Origin: Candidatus Kaiserbacteria bacterium | GTDB lineage: Bacteria > Patescibacteriota > Minisyncoccia > Phycocordibacterales > UBA2100 | NCBI GenBank assembly: GCA_027083345.1 | Contig: JALWOZ010000030.1 | Location: 977 to 64,976, forward strand | Length of the DNA: 64,000 nt | Reading direction: 5' to 3' | Shown: piece after piece, positions 8,901-17,409 of the stretch | Layout: the number at the start of each line of letters is the position of its first letter | Position numbering within the stretch: position 1 is the first letter of the stretch | Notes under the pieces: model-generated | What the model saw: the letters and a program-made list of their open reading frames with translations, nothing else | The model's database searches: none | What the model was told of the DNA's origin: nothing | Translations under genes and position numbers: made by a program

Positions 8901-10712
8901 ATCATCTGCAACTTCAGAGTCTGCCCAATCAAATGAAAGCGTACCGGAATTTGCAAGCTCTCCCTTTTCAATCGCGGTACCGAGTGTGCTTGAAATTGTA
9001 TTTGATGAAATTGTAATACCCGTACCGGCGGTATAAGTAGTGTTTTGATCAGTTACCCAAGAGAGTACCCCGGAACCATTTGTTGACAACAGTTGTCCTC
9101 CAACACCATCTGTTACTGGTAAAGTGTAGGTAATATTTGCACTCTGATCCCCTCCTTGAAATATAGTGTAGAACTGAGGCAAAGATCCCGTCTCTATAAT
9201 ACCAAGTGTACCATTAAGACTGAGTGTATGAGATGGGTTCGTTGTACCAATACCTATCCTACTGTCGGTACTATCAACATAAAATGTTGAAGTGTCCACC
9301 GTCAAATCCGCAGAAACTTTCACTGATCCCGAAACATCCAACTTGCTACCTGGAGAAGAAATACCAACACCAACATTACCACTTGCGTCAATCACGAAAG
9401 GACTTGTGTCGCTTGCTTGATCGTTTATCTGGAAAGAATTCCCAGTACCTGTATTTACTATAGAGAGAGTATTAGTACCGGTAATATTGATACTTGTTGA
9501 AGTGTCCAAAGTAAGTGCATCTTTTAACTGAGCGAAGTCTAGTGAGTCATTGACAATATCAAGCGTTACTCCGGCGCTCTCAGATCCTGAATTTGCAACA
9601 GATATCAATGAATTACCTGCGTCTGCAATTGTTGCAACATAATTACCTGTGGTGTCCGTGCCGAGCGCAACCGCATTTGCGTCAATAGTTGCCACGCCAC
9701 TTGCAAATGTAATGTCGCCATAATCTCCGTCGGCTATCTCATTAGCGCCAACGGTGTCGGCATCAAGCGTTGCTACTCCACTAGCAAAAGTAAAATCACC
9801 ATAATCTCCATTAGCCATTTCGCTTGGTGTAATATCCGTGCCCAAAGTGCTTGAAATTGCATTTGACGAAATTGTAATTCCCGTGCCGGCTGAGTAAGTT
9901 GTGTTTTGATCTGCCACCCAAGTAAATCCACCTGTTGCAGAGTCATAAGAAAGAATTTGATTATCTGCCGGAGAATTGGTTACTTTCAAATCAACTCCTT
10001 GTATTGTGCTATTTGCAATTTCTGATGTGGAAACTGATGAAAGAGTCGCAAGCGCGCCGAGCCCGAGTGACGTGCGCGCCGTTGCTCCGGACTCATATGC
10101 AAATGCTCCGGCTCCTGTTGCAACAATAAACTCTCCGTCTGAGGATGGTGCTCCAAGAGTGTCCAAGTCTTCCAAAACTCCCGTTACAGACACTGTCGCA
10201 TCTCCTGAAGACGCTCCTCCGGTGAGTCCGGTACCTGCTATAACTGCGGTTATGTCTCCGGTGCCGGACGCAAAACTGCTCCACGAGCCACCAGAATTTT
10301 TATATTGCAATGTGCCGGCATTGTCTCTAAATCCGTATCCATTAACTCCGCTTGTATTGCCAAAGTTTATGTATTTTGAGGCTCCCAACTTAATATCCCC
10401 AGAAATATCAATACTACTCACCCATGACGGCAATCCACTTGCAAGAGAAAGCAATTGCCCATTTGAACCCGCAGAGAGCAAAGACCAAACGGAAGAATTT
10501 GAGTAAAGTATCGCTCCATCGGTTTGAGAATCATTTGTATATACTGAGGTCTTTACTCCACAATTTGAATCAGTCGGCAAGCACTGCGGGTCAAGAGTTG
10601 CTCCGGGTGCATATATAATCGCTTGCGCAAATGATTGCGGGATAAAGAAGGTCAAAACAATCGCTAAAAACAATGATAATCTATTTTTGCCACCGGTCAT
10701 AAAAAATAACAT
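5967..10712 (-). CDS. Giant secreted tail-fibre-like surface protein. Gly/Thr/Ser-rich beta-repeats, peptidase-S74-type intramolecular chaperone autoprocessing domain, coiled coil, Ig-like domain, acidic C-tail
   Basis: 1581-aa uninterrupted ORF with signal peptide. Repeated NTSPFVIDASGNVGVG blocks. S74-like motif SSIRYKKDVEDLPWGLDELMQLRPVKYKYK...GFIAEEV followed by a heptad coiled coil (QISQLEARIASLESQL). ITILGNNPAEVAVGAGYSDLGASA Ig-like domain. D/E-rich tail. Confidence 0.8.
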   Translation of the reverse strand: MLFFMTGGKNRLSLFLAIVLTFFIPQSFAQAIIYAPGATLDPQCLPTDSNCGVKTSVYTNDSQTDGAILYSNSSVWSLLSAGSNGQLLSLASGLPSWVSSIDISGDIKLGASKYINFGNTSGVNGYGFRDNAGTLQYKNSGGSWSSFASGTGDITAVIAGTGLTGGASSGDATVSVTGVLEDLDTLGAPSSDGEFIVATGAGAFAYESGATARTSLGLGALATLSSVSTSEIANSTIQGVDLKVTNSPADNQILSYDSATGGFTWVADQNTTYSAGTGITISSNAISSTLGTDITPSEMANGDYGDFTFASGVATLDADTVGANEIADGDYGDITFASGVATIDANAVALGTDTTGNYVATIADAGNSLISVANSGSESAGVTLDIVNDSLDFAQLKDALTLDTSTSINITGTNTLSIVNTGTGNSFQINDQASDTSPFVIDASGNVGVGISSPGSKLDVSGSVKVSADLTVDTSTFYVDSTDSRIGIGTTNPSHTLSLNGTLGIIETGSLPQFYTIFQGGDQSANITYTLPVTDGVGGQLLSTNGSGVLSWVTDQNTTYTAGTGITISSNTISSTLGTAIEKGELANSGTLSFDWADSEVADDLTISGGTINDTPIGATTASTGAFTTLSSSGNTTIGDASGDTLTINASTVSIPNNLNIDSNTLFIDSSNNAVALGASSVASTAILDLTSTTKGFLAPRMTTTQRDAITSPATGLQIYNTSTNKFNVYNGSSWEVVGGSLFTDGGATTYLSSQTDDLALGGSTTSAPFYFDESAELLTLTNTTSGNSFQINDQASDTSPFVIDASGNVGVGTTTPASKLDVWGDFRVGTSSTPALFADVSSGNIGIGTSTPSYKLDIVGTLRASGATVISNSLTVNNSGYGQATFQTSGTTDRTSLITIENNNATSTAWQLGVGGTGNGLGLTGGEFYLYDVSATSKPTRFMIDSSGKVGIGGTTSPAAKLHIDDNGTASGARFLQVGDDGFFTDIDTANTLGLYGVGDTTVGAVKLGSAGPTLYGKSGNLGIGTTDPGATIELKGTGTAELLRLNASRGLLSFYNGSTGFAEIQGNADASYLGFRISGTDDLRFFSDAQVRMNIDGTTGRVNIGTDTGTPNATLQVQGGIKVGSGSTYGGGSAGYSFYDSGGDTDGGMFSPADGTLVFATNNTERVRIDSSGRVGIGASPSLDLAIGDNDSGLDSVGDGTLELYTNGSQAIIMNGAQMAFPKLAEWDSNDRILCYKRTGGFTYGQISYGGDGTDCYPSSIRYKKDVEDLPWGLDELMQLRPVKYKYKNNDKEATGFIAEEVNETDLKWYVNYNEEGQVESLKSRYYPALIVKAIQDMWDTVKANTEKITELLTWKSEKDEQISQLEARIASLESQLVASVSAANNSDNTDATSEDDNNQDTFVPTITILGNNPAEVAVGAGYSDLGASAKNPDGSDLSIKTYVDGSEVQNVDIDTSTDATYTITYKAQWEEHVATAERVVKVGTGESTQEDIETIVNTTTEVSTSTDANISDTGVTDEDTSNQETIDEEDNQAQIDIQTQGQDAEEENQQESDSSNVDEESTTTTQDTTTEDEVNNNE
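8279..9444. repeat. Intragenic direct repeat pair (83 bp, 1 mismatch) inside the giant fibre gene
   Basis: 8279-8361 and 9362-9444 are identical except one C/T. Both encode the NDQASDTSPFVIDASGNVGVG repeat block. Confidence 0.85.
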
Positions 10713-10841
10713 CTTGAATAATATCTTAAATAATATTTATATAAATATTATCATATATAATTTAGCTAATTGACATACTTGTCCACATAAACACTGTGAT
10801 TTATAAAGATATGTTCTATTTTAATAATATACAATAAACAA

Positions 10842-11939
10842 ATGATACGGCAATATAAATTTTATTTAATAATTAGAGATTTCATATATAAATATGCACA
10901 ATATGTTACAGCTGTGTCTTTGTTTTTTGGATTTATTATAGACAATATTATATTACAACGTATAGATAGTCTTTTTACATTTTATATTATCCTATATCAT
11001 TTTAGTGTAATTACTCTTGGAATCTTATTGATTCATGCATTAGAAAATAAAAAGAATAAAAACAGATATTTAAAATGGATTCATTTAGCATTAGAAGTTA
11101 TTATACCATTTTCATTTGGCGCTTTATTTAGTGGATTTTTTATCTTCTATTCTCAAAGTGCAGGTTCTATAATCTCATGGATATTCTTAATTATATTGAT
11201 GCTATTTATGATAAGTACAGAATATTACAAAAAACATTATCTAAATATACTTGTACAAATAACCCTTTGGTACTTTACACTAATAACTTTTTTGAACCTA
11301 TATCTACCAATAATTTTAGCACGCATAAATACTTACGTATTTCTATTAGGGGGAGTATTATCTTTATTAGGGGCATGGGGCTACTTAAGTGTATTAAAGC
11401 ACATTGAACCTGGTGTATACAACAAATATTCTAAAAAACTAATATGTAATATTATAGTAGTGTTTGGATTGGTAAACATATTATACTTTACTAACATTAT
11501 CCCTCCAATACCACTCTCCGTGCAAAATGCCGGGGCCTACTATTTAGTAGTACATAAAGGAGATAAGTACTCTCTATACACAGAGCAATTACCTTGGTTC
11601 TCTATTAAAAAATATATTCCAACTACTATATATTTAAAACCTGGCAACGCTGTGTACATCTTCTCGTCTGTATTTGCTCCTACAAAACTCTCTACAAAAA
11701 TATATCACCAATGGCAATACAAAGATAACAATGGCAGATGGCAAACGGCATCTACAATAGAGTTCCCCATCGTGGGTGGGCGCGCATCTGGCTACCGCGG
11801 ATATACGATGAAGAAGAATGTGTGGGACGGAGCGTGGCGCGTGCGCATTATCACAGAGCGCGAGCAAGTAATAGGCACAACGTATTTCACAATAAAGATA
11901 ACCAATGTACAGCCTAAGTTAATAAATGTTATTTACTAG
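10842..11939 (+). CDS. Polytopic membrane protein with C-terminal soluble domain (hypothetical)
   Basis: About 8 predicted TM helices, then a roughly 140-aa hydrophilic C-terminal domain. Divergent from the fibre gene across an AT-rich 130-bp promoter region. Confidence 0.55.
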   Translation: MIRQYKFYLIIRDFIYKYAQYVTAVSLFFGFIIDNIILQRIDSLFTFYIILYHFSVITLGILLIHALENKKNKNRYLKWIHLALEVIIPFSFGALFSGFFIFYSQSAGSIISWIFLIILMLFMISTEYYKKHYLNILVQITLWYFTLITFLNLYLPIILARINTYVFLLGGVLSLLGAWGYLSVLKHIEPGVYNKYSKKLICNIIVVFGLVNILYFTNIIPPIPLSVQNAGAYYLVVHKGDKYSLYTEQLPWFSIKKYIPTTIYLKPGNAVYIFSSVFAPTKLSTKIYHQWQYKDNNGRWQTASTIEFPIVGGRASGYRGYTMKKNVWDGAWRVRIITEREQVIGTTYFTIKITNVQPKLINVIY

Positions 11940-12010
11940 CTGCCAGACTAGGATTCGAACCTAGATAGCGGGAACCAAAATCCCGAGTCCTACCATTAGA
12001 CGATCTGGCA
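11940..12010 (-). tRNA. tRNA-Gln (anticodon TTG)
   Basis: Reverse complement folds as a cloverleaf. Acceptor TGCCAGA/TCTGGCA with U1-A72 and discriminator G. D-loop AATGGTA. Anticodon stem CGGGA/TCCCG with loop TTTTGGT. T-arm CTAGG-TTCGAAT-CCTAG. Confidence 0.85.
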
Positions 12011-12084
12011 GTACTTCGCCACGTCAGACGTGGCTACGAACTGTGCAACAATAAGGTTGCACGCACTTTATACCATTTTTTAAA

Positions 12085-13071
12085 CTACTTTTCTACCCCT
12101 AATAACTCCAAAACCTTCTTGGCATCATGCCTTAGGAGTGAGCGCTTTACTGTGTCTGCATTATCTCTATTTACCTTTACAGACTCGGCTAATAAATCTT
12201 CTCCTATGAACTCTACGCCACTAACCTCAAACTCTGTAATATTCCCCAACTCAACCATCTCTCCTTTTTCTTTTTTTATAAGCTCTTGCAATTCTTGTGT
12301 AACACTCATATTGGTATTGTATAGCACCGTCTCTGGCAGGAAGCCATTAGAAAGTCTTTGCATCTCTTTAAGAAACTCAGCAACACTAAACCCCGTAGTA
12401 TGCCCCTCTTTAGTTAGGAGGTTGACAACTATTACCTTACGAGCCCTACTCTCCGCTAATACCTCTGCCATACCCGGCACAATAAGGTTGGGTATTATAG
12501 AGCAGTAGAAGTTGCCGGGTGCTATTATAATAATATCTGCATCTAATATTGCTTTTTTCGCTCGTGGATTAAGAGTTGGACTGTCAGTGAGCTTAATATC
12601 TGTATAACCCTGAATATATCTATTATCTATAACTCCCTCTCCATGCACCACCTCTCCATTTGGCATAGTAACCTGCAAGTGATGCTTACTTAATGTAACA
12701 GGATATATCCTACCGCAAACATTAAGTATCTTACCTGCCTGCCTTATAGCCTCCTCCAGCGAGCCTGTGATCTTCTCTAAAGTAGATAATAAAAGATTAC
12801 CAAAAGTATGGCCCATCATAGTACCAACATCATATCTATATGTAAAAAGTTCTCTGAGCATCTCCGGAGAGCGCGAGAGTGCCACGAGTACTTGCCTCAC
12901 ATCTCCTGCGGGGAGCACCCCCATATCGACTCGAAGTTTACCAGTAGAGCCTCCTGAATCACTCATTGCAACAATTGCAGACACTTCTACATTAGGTAAC
13001 TCTTTAAGCTCAGTAAGCAAAGTAAACGAACCTGTACCACCTCCAATTGTTACTATTTTCTTTTTACTCAT
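12085..13071 (-). CDS. CofD/YvcK (UPF0052) family protein, gluconeogenesis factor-like
   Basis: N-terminal IVTIGGGTGSFTLL and SDSGGSTGKLR motifs typical of the YvcK/CofD family. Confidence 0.8.
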   Translation of the reverse strand: MSKKKIVTIGGGTGSFTLLTELKELPNVEVSAIVAMSDSGGSTGKLRVDMGVLPAGDVRQVLVALSRSPEMLRELFTYRYDVGTMMGHTFGNLLLSTLEKITGSLEEAIRQAGKILNVCGRIYPVTLSKHHLQVTMPNGEVVHGEGVIDNRYIQGYTDIKLTDSPTLNPRAKKAILDADIIIIAPGNFYCSIIPNLIVPGMAEVLAESRARKVIVVNLLTKEGHTTGFSVAEFLKEMQRLSNGFLPETVLYNTNMSVTQELQELIKKEKGEMVELGNITEFEVSGVEFIGEDLLAESVKVNRDNADTVKRSLLRHDAKKVLELLGVEK

Positions 13072-13072
13072 A

Positions 13073-13708
13073 TTATCTCAGCTCCCCTAAATGCGCATCA
13101 TCATTCCATTGTTTAAGGTAGAATTTACCACTATCGTCTATTGTAATATGCGTAATACCTGTATTAGCCATATGCATACTATACACTGCACTTAATGCTC
13201 CATTAGCACTAAGTGTCTTACCTACAAGCATGTGAGTTATAAAAAATCTTAAGAAAAAACCATGAGACACTACCAAAATATACTCCTCTGGCATATTCCT
13301 CAGAGTCTCATAAAAGTCGCTAGAGCGCTTAAGCATATCTGCGTATGACTCTGCCTGATCACTATACTCTCTACCTTCTACCCAACCCTTTTCTATATTT
13401 AATACAATATCCTTAATCTTTGGATCGTGCCTATCTTGACCAATTACTCTCTCTGGCAACACTCTCTCGTGTATCATGGGAAGTTCACTCACCTCTAAAC
13501 CTTTAGCATCTGCGATTATCCGTGCTGTGTCTTGAGCTCGCTTATATGTACTTGAGTATATAACATCAACCCTTTCATCTTTAAATCTCTTAGCTGTTAT
13601 AGTAGCCTGCCCTACACCCTTTGGGGTTAGATGACTATCTGGCCCTCTGCGCAAATTATCTACATTATCCATACTCTCACCGTGTCTGACCAAATAAATA
13701 TATTTCAT
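13073..13708 (-). CDS. Histidine phosphatase (phosphoglycerate mutase-like) family protein
   Basis: N-terminal LVRHGES catalytic RHG motif. About 210 aa. Confidence 0.8.
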   Translation of the reverse strand: MKYIYLVRHGESMDNVDNLRRGPDSHLTPKGVGQATITAKRFKDERVDVIYSSTYKRAQDTARIIADAKGLEVSELPMIHERVLPERVIGQDRHDPKIKDIVLNIEKGWVEGREYSDQAESYADMLKRSSDFYETLRNMPEEYILVVSHGFFLRFFITHMLVGKTLSANGALSAVYSMHMANTGITHITIDDSGKFYLKQWNDDAHLGELR

Positions 13709-13709
13709 A

Positions 13710-14756
13710 TTACTCTGCAGTTACCCTTATAATAGCAAGCTCGAGTGGCAAATGCTTTATGCTTACACTACGCATACTATCCCTAGCAGACAACAACTCT
13801 AACACAGCATTAGAAGTTAAATGTGATGGTTGTATATCAGCAAGAGTCTTAAGCTCTACTAAATCATCTTTACCAAATTGCAAAGCAAGATCTTGCTCTG
13901 CACGAGAACCTCCATGCTTAAGGATGAGTACTGCTCTAGCTCTATCTAAAAGCAACTCCGTAGCAAGTATTGTGTCTACTCCAGACTCTACTAATGTACT
14001 CACGGCATCAAGAGCTTGCTTTGTAGAGTTATTCACGAATCCAGATAAAATATCGTTAAGTATAGCTCCCCGCGGTGCGCCTGTGATACTCTCAACCTCG
14101 TCTATGAGCACAGTCTTACTCTTAACTCCAGCTAATACCTTTTGCAAAATCGATATACCATCACGGAAGGAGCCATTAGCAATAGTGGCAATAAGATCGT
14201 CTGCCCCATCGCCAAATTTATAACCCTCACGCTCTGCAATACTCTTTACCACCTTGGCAACGTCAGCTCTACTAGGACTCTTTAAAGAGTAGACTTGGGC
14301 TCTTGAGTGGATTGTGGCAGGCAACTTCTCTGGCTCGGTAGTAGCCAACACAAAAACACAATAGCTAGGTGGCTCCTCAAGTGTCTTGAGAAGTGCATTA
14401 AAGGCGCTTTTAGAGAGCATGTGCGCCTCGTCTAATATATACACCTTATACCCTCCCTCAAATGGCAAAGTTGCCACAGACTCACGCAAATCTCTAATAT
14501 CCTCTACAGAGTTATTGCTTGCGGCATCTAACTCATAAATGTCTTTAGAGCTCACCCCGAGCTCTTTGGCGAAGATCCTAGCAAGGGTTGTCTTCCCTAC
14601 TCCGCGCGTACCACTAAAAATATATGCATGCGCAGGGTTCTTCTCCCTAACTGCCTTTTGTAAGGCAGATACAACATTACTTTGCCCCACCACCTCTTTA
14701 AAGCTCTCTGGTCTATACTTACTGTATAATGCTACATTGTCATTCATTATTAGCAT
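13710..14756 (-). CDS. dnaX: DNA polymerase III subunit gamma/tau, short form
   Basis: KYRPxxFxEVVGQ opening, Walker A GTRGVGKTTLARIFAKEL, DEAH-like ILDEAHMLS, sensor motifs. Only 348 aa, so no tau C-terminal domains. Confidence 0.85.
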   Translation of the reverse strand: MLIMNDNVALYSKYRPESFKEVVGQSNVVSALQKAVREKNPAHAYIFSGTRGVGKTTLARIFAKELGVSSKDIYELDAASNNSVEDIRDLRESVATLPFEGGYKVYILDEAHMLSKSAFNALLKTLEEPPSYCVFVLATTEPEKLPATIHSRAQVYSLKSPSRADVAKVVKSIAEREGYKFGDGADDLIATIANGSFRDGISILQKVLAGVKSKTVLIDEVESITGAPRGAILNDILSGFVNNSTKQALDAVSTLVESGVDTILATELLLDRARAVLILKHGGSRAEQDLALQFGKDDLVELKTLADIQPSHLTSNAVLELLSARDSMRSVSIKHLPLELAIIRVTAE

Positions 14757-14789
14757 TATAACAGAGTATACATATAAAATAAAAACACC

Positions 14790-14930
14790 CCAAGAGAGGT
14801 GTGTAAGAGTGGGACAAGGGGGAACTCAAGCGCTGGAGGAAACGCGAGCTCGCTCCCTCATCCCTGTGAGTGGTGCCAACGGCAACACCACTCACATCAA
14901 ATAGGGGCCAGGTTCCCCTATTTGAATTTT
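14790..14930 (+). ncRNA. Candidate small structured RNA or leader between dnaX and dus. Identity unresolved.
   Basis: GC-enriched segment in an AT-rich spacer. Tandem hairpins (tgtgagtggtg..caccactcaca, then taggggccaggttcccctat) followed by TTTGAATTTTT in plus orientation. Lies upstream of dnaX, where SRP RNA (ffs) sits in many bacteria, but no SRP domain IV motifs could be aligned. Confidence 0.25.
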
Positions 14931-14979
14931 TATCCAAATACTTTATACCAACAAACTATTTAAAAGTAAAGCACATAAA

Positions 14980-16089
14980 TTATCTATTATCCAACAATAG
15001 CATAATAGCCTCCTCTGGAGACTCTGTAGCCATAAGTTGTTTACGCAAATCCTTAGCGCCGTCCCAACCATTAATATATGCCTTAAAATGCTTCTTCATC
15101 ACATGATAACCTTTATACTTTGGTTTAAGTAAGAACTCGTCAAAAAGCTCTATGTGCTCTATAAGCATTTTTATCTTTTTATTTTTTACTGCACTACTCC
15201 TAGTGAAGACACCTTCTGTAGGTTCACCATAACGAAACAACTTCTTAAATCCGAGGAAGTGGGCGGCTAGAGGTAGAAAGTTTAAGAAGTTTGTTTTGTT
15301 GTGGTGAGAGTTACAAGAACTAAAAAAGTCCGGAGTACCAAAAGAAGCACGTCCCACCATTATACCCTCACAACCATATTTATCTGCAAGCTCTTTGCCA
15401 TGCTTAACACTCTCTACATCCCCATTACCTATTATTATAGTATTTGGAGAGATTTTATCTCGCATTTTCACTATCTCTTTCATTAAGCTCCAATTTGCCG
15501 GAACTTTACTAAATTGACTACGCGTACGCAAATGTATTGTAAGTGCGTCTGGCTTTTCTTTTAAGATCTTAGTCAGCCAACCTTGCATCTCATCAACACT
15601 ATTATATCCAACTCTAGTTTTAACAGATAAAGCTAAATTTGGCGCACCTTTTCGTACTGCTCTTATGAGCTCTACTGCAAGCTCTGGATGTTTTATAAGT
15701 GCTGCGCCAGATATTTGTTTTATCACCGCATTAACAGGACAACCCATATTAATGTCTACTCCATCAAACCCAAGATCTTGCACTAGGCGAGCGGCATCCT
15801 CCATCCTCTTTGGGTTGCTGTTATATATTTGTGCAACTATTGGTCGTTGACCCTCTGTATAACTAAGCTTGGCACGCAACTTCTCCTGAGCGCGCACATC
15901 TCCAAAGGCCAAACCATCTGACGGCGTAAACTCTGTAAACATCACAAAGTCGCCAGGGGACCCCTGGCGACTTTGTTTAGAATACCTCGCAACCGTCTCC
16001 CTAAAAGCAATGTCGGTAACATCCTCCATGGGCGCCAGACAGAAAAAAGGCTTGTGCTTATATGCTGATTCTTGCCAAAAGTTTGTCAT
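14980..16089 (-). CDS. dus: tRNA-dihydrouridine synthase (DusB-like) carrying an in-frame insertion
   Basis: FCLAPMEDVTD..., DGVDINMGCP, KxR and a C-terminal helical-domain motif (MKKHFKAYINGW). Probable start is the Met of MTNFWQ at 16089, because the ORF-track start at 16161 would overlap the divergent GT2 gene. About 50 extra residues lie between the TIM barrel and the helical domain, and they coincide with repeat element A. Confidence 0.85.
   Translation of the reverse strand: MTNFWQESAYKHKPFFCLAPMEDVTDIAFRETVARYSKQSRQGSPGDFVMFTEFTPSDGLAFGDVRAQEKLRAKLSYTEGQRPIVAQIYNSNPKRMEDAARLVQDLGFDGVDINMGCPVNAVIKQISGAALIKHPELAVELIRAVRKGAPNLALSVKTRVGYNSVDEMQGWLTKILKEKPDALTIHLRTRSQFSKVPANWSLMKEIVKMRDKISPNTIIIGNGDVESVKHGKELADKYGCEGIMVGRASFGTPDFFSSCNSHHNKTNFLNFLPLAAHFLGFKKLFRYGEPTEGVFTRSSAVKNKKIKMLIEHIELFDEFLLKPKYKGYHVMKKHFKAYINGWDGAKDLRKQLMATESPEEAIMLLLDNR
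15239..15291. repeat. Hairpin element A: 11-bp inverted repeat (aacttcttaaa / tttaagaagtt) flanking conserved core tccgaggaagtgggcggctagaggtagaaag. Lies in-frame inside dus.
   Basis: Core shares AGTGGGCGGCTAG(G/A)G(A/G)TAGA(G/A)(A/G)G with elements at 38001-38087 and 58909-58994. Stem sequences are unrelated between copies. Confidence 0.5.
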
Positions 16090-16142
16090 AATTTTGTAAA
16101 ATACTATCAGTTTCAAACATAATATGCTAGTATTTTGAAGCA

Positions 16143-17399
16143 ATGACTGTAGACACAACATTGGTATATATATTACTGTATATTTCGCTCTATTTTGAGG
16201 TTTTTTTGTTAACTTCTTTTATTACTTATAAAAAACAACAAAAACACTCAAATAAACAATCGCGTAATAAGTTACCCACTGCCACAATCATAGTGCCATG
16301 CTATAATGAGGAGAAGACATTAGGAGGTACCCTCGATTCATTACTTGCATTAGACTATCCTAAAGATAAACTAAAGATAGCGGTAGTCAATGACGGTTCT
16401 AAAGACAAAACTCAGCAAATAGCTGAATATTTTGCAACACGGCACTCTCAAATTAAAGTACTGAACAAGAAAAATGGAGGTAAGGCCAGTGCCATGAACT
16501 TAGCTCTTAAACATTGCAACACTGAGCTTGTAGGATGTCTCGACGCAGACTCTTTTGTAGAGCCAAATGCACTACTACTTATGACTAAACATTTTATGCA
16601 CGACTCAAACATAAGTGCCGTAACTCCAGCCATAATGGTACACAAGCCCAAAAACATACTACAATTAATGCAACGAGCAGAGTACATGGTAGGAGTGTTC
16701 ATGAGGCGCGCTTTTGATATGCTAGACGCTATTGTTGTAACTCCTGGCCCTTTTACTATATTCCGTAGGGAACATATATTATCTATAAGCAATAATGGCA
16801 CAAACGTATGGAGACATGCACATGGCACAGAGGACTATGAAATGGGGTTAAGACTACAGCATAATCATAAAAAGATAGCAAACGAACCCATGGCTAAAGT
16901 ACTTACAATCTCTCCTAAAACTCTATATGCTCTATATAGACAAAGGATACGTTGGGTATATGGCTTTCTCATGAACACAATAGACTACAGACACATGATA
17001 GGTAATAAGCGCTATGGTAATGTTGGTTTATTTGTATTGCCTTTTGCTTTAATAAGTGTGGTGGGTGCTACTACACTATTTGGCATATTAATATATAAAA
17101 CTATTAATTCTCTAATAGACTTTTACACTAGAGTAAGTACAGTAGGCATAAGCTGGAGCATGTTTAATATTGAGTGGTTTTATATAAACACCAGCACCTC
17201 AATATTCATTATGTTAACTCTTCTATCTATCATTTTTACCATTTTGTATTACTCAGCCCAAATGTCTAAAACTAAAGTCCGCATATTAGATACATTAGTA
17301 TACATACTCCTTTATGGGTTTATATCTCCTTTATGGCTCACAGGGGCAACGGCCAGAGCCATTACAAAATCTGAGTCTAAGTGGCGTGTTATAAGATAA
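16143..17399 (+). CDS. Processive family-2 glycosyltransferase (PgaC/IcaA/NodC/cellulose-synthase-like polysaccharide synthase), integral membrane
   Basis: N-terminal TM, PCYNEE, VVNDGSKD (DxD context), GGKASAMN, DAD, TED (GTEDYEMGLRL) and QRIRW (QxxRW) motifs. C-terminal TM bundle. Confidence 0.85.
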   Translation: MTVDTTLVYILLYISLYFEVFLLTSFITYKKQQKHSNKQSRNKLPTATIIVPCYNEEKTLGGTLDSLLALDYPKDKLKIAVVNDGSKDKTQQIAEYFATRHSQIKVLNKKNGGKASAMNLALKHCNTELVGCLDADSFVEPNALLLMTKHFMHDSNISAVTPAIMVHKPKNILQLMQRAEYMVGVFMRRAFDMLDAIVVTPGPFTIFRREHILSISNNGTNVWRHAHGTEDYEMGLRLQHNHKKIANEPMAKVLTISPKTLYALYRQRIRWVYGFLMNTIDYRHMIGNKRYGNVGLFVLPFALISVVGATTLFGILIYKTINSLIDFYTRVSTVGISWSMFNIEWFYINTSTSIFIMLTLLSIIFTILYYSAQMSKTKVRILDTLVYILLYGFISPLWLTGATARAITKSESKWRVIR

Positions 17400-17409
17400 A
17401 TTAGTTAAT

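Noticed and set aside
8279-9444. Possible diversity-generating retroelement (template/variable repeat pair) in the fibre gene
   Set aside because: Both 83-bp copies are inside the same ORF. They differ at one C/T position rather than adenine-specific substitutions. No reverse transcriptase gene is present in the window.
3083-11939. Prophage interpretation of the tail-fibre-like gene
   Set aside because: No terminase, capsid, portal, integrase or lysis genes accompany it. The neighbours are secreted or cell-envelope proteins, so a domesticated fibre or adhesin is more likely.
14790-14930. Confident SRP RNA (ffs) call
   Set aside because: Position relative to dnaX is suggestive, but the GNRA-capped domain IV with the conserved GGAAG/AGCAGC loops could not be aligned. 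It is kept only as a low-confidence candidate ncRNA.
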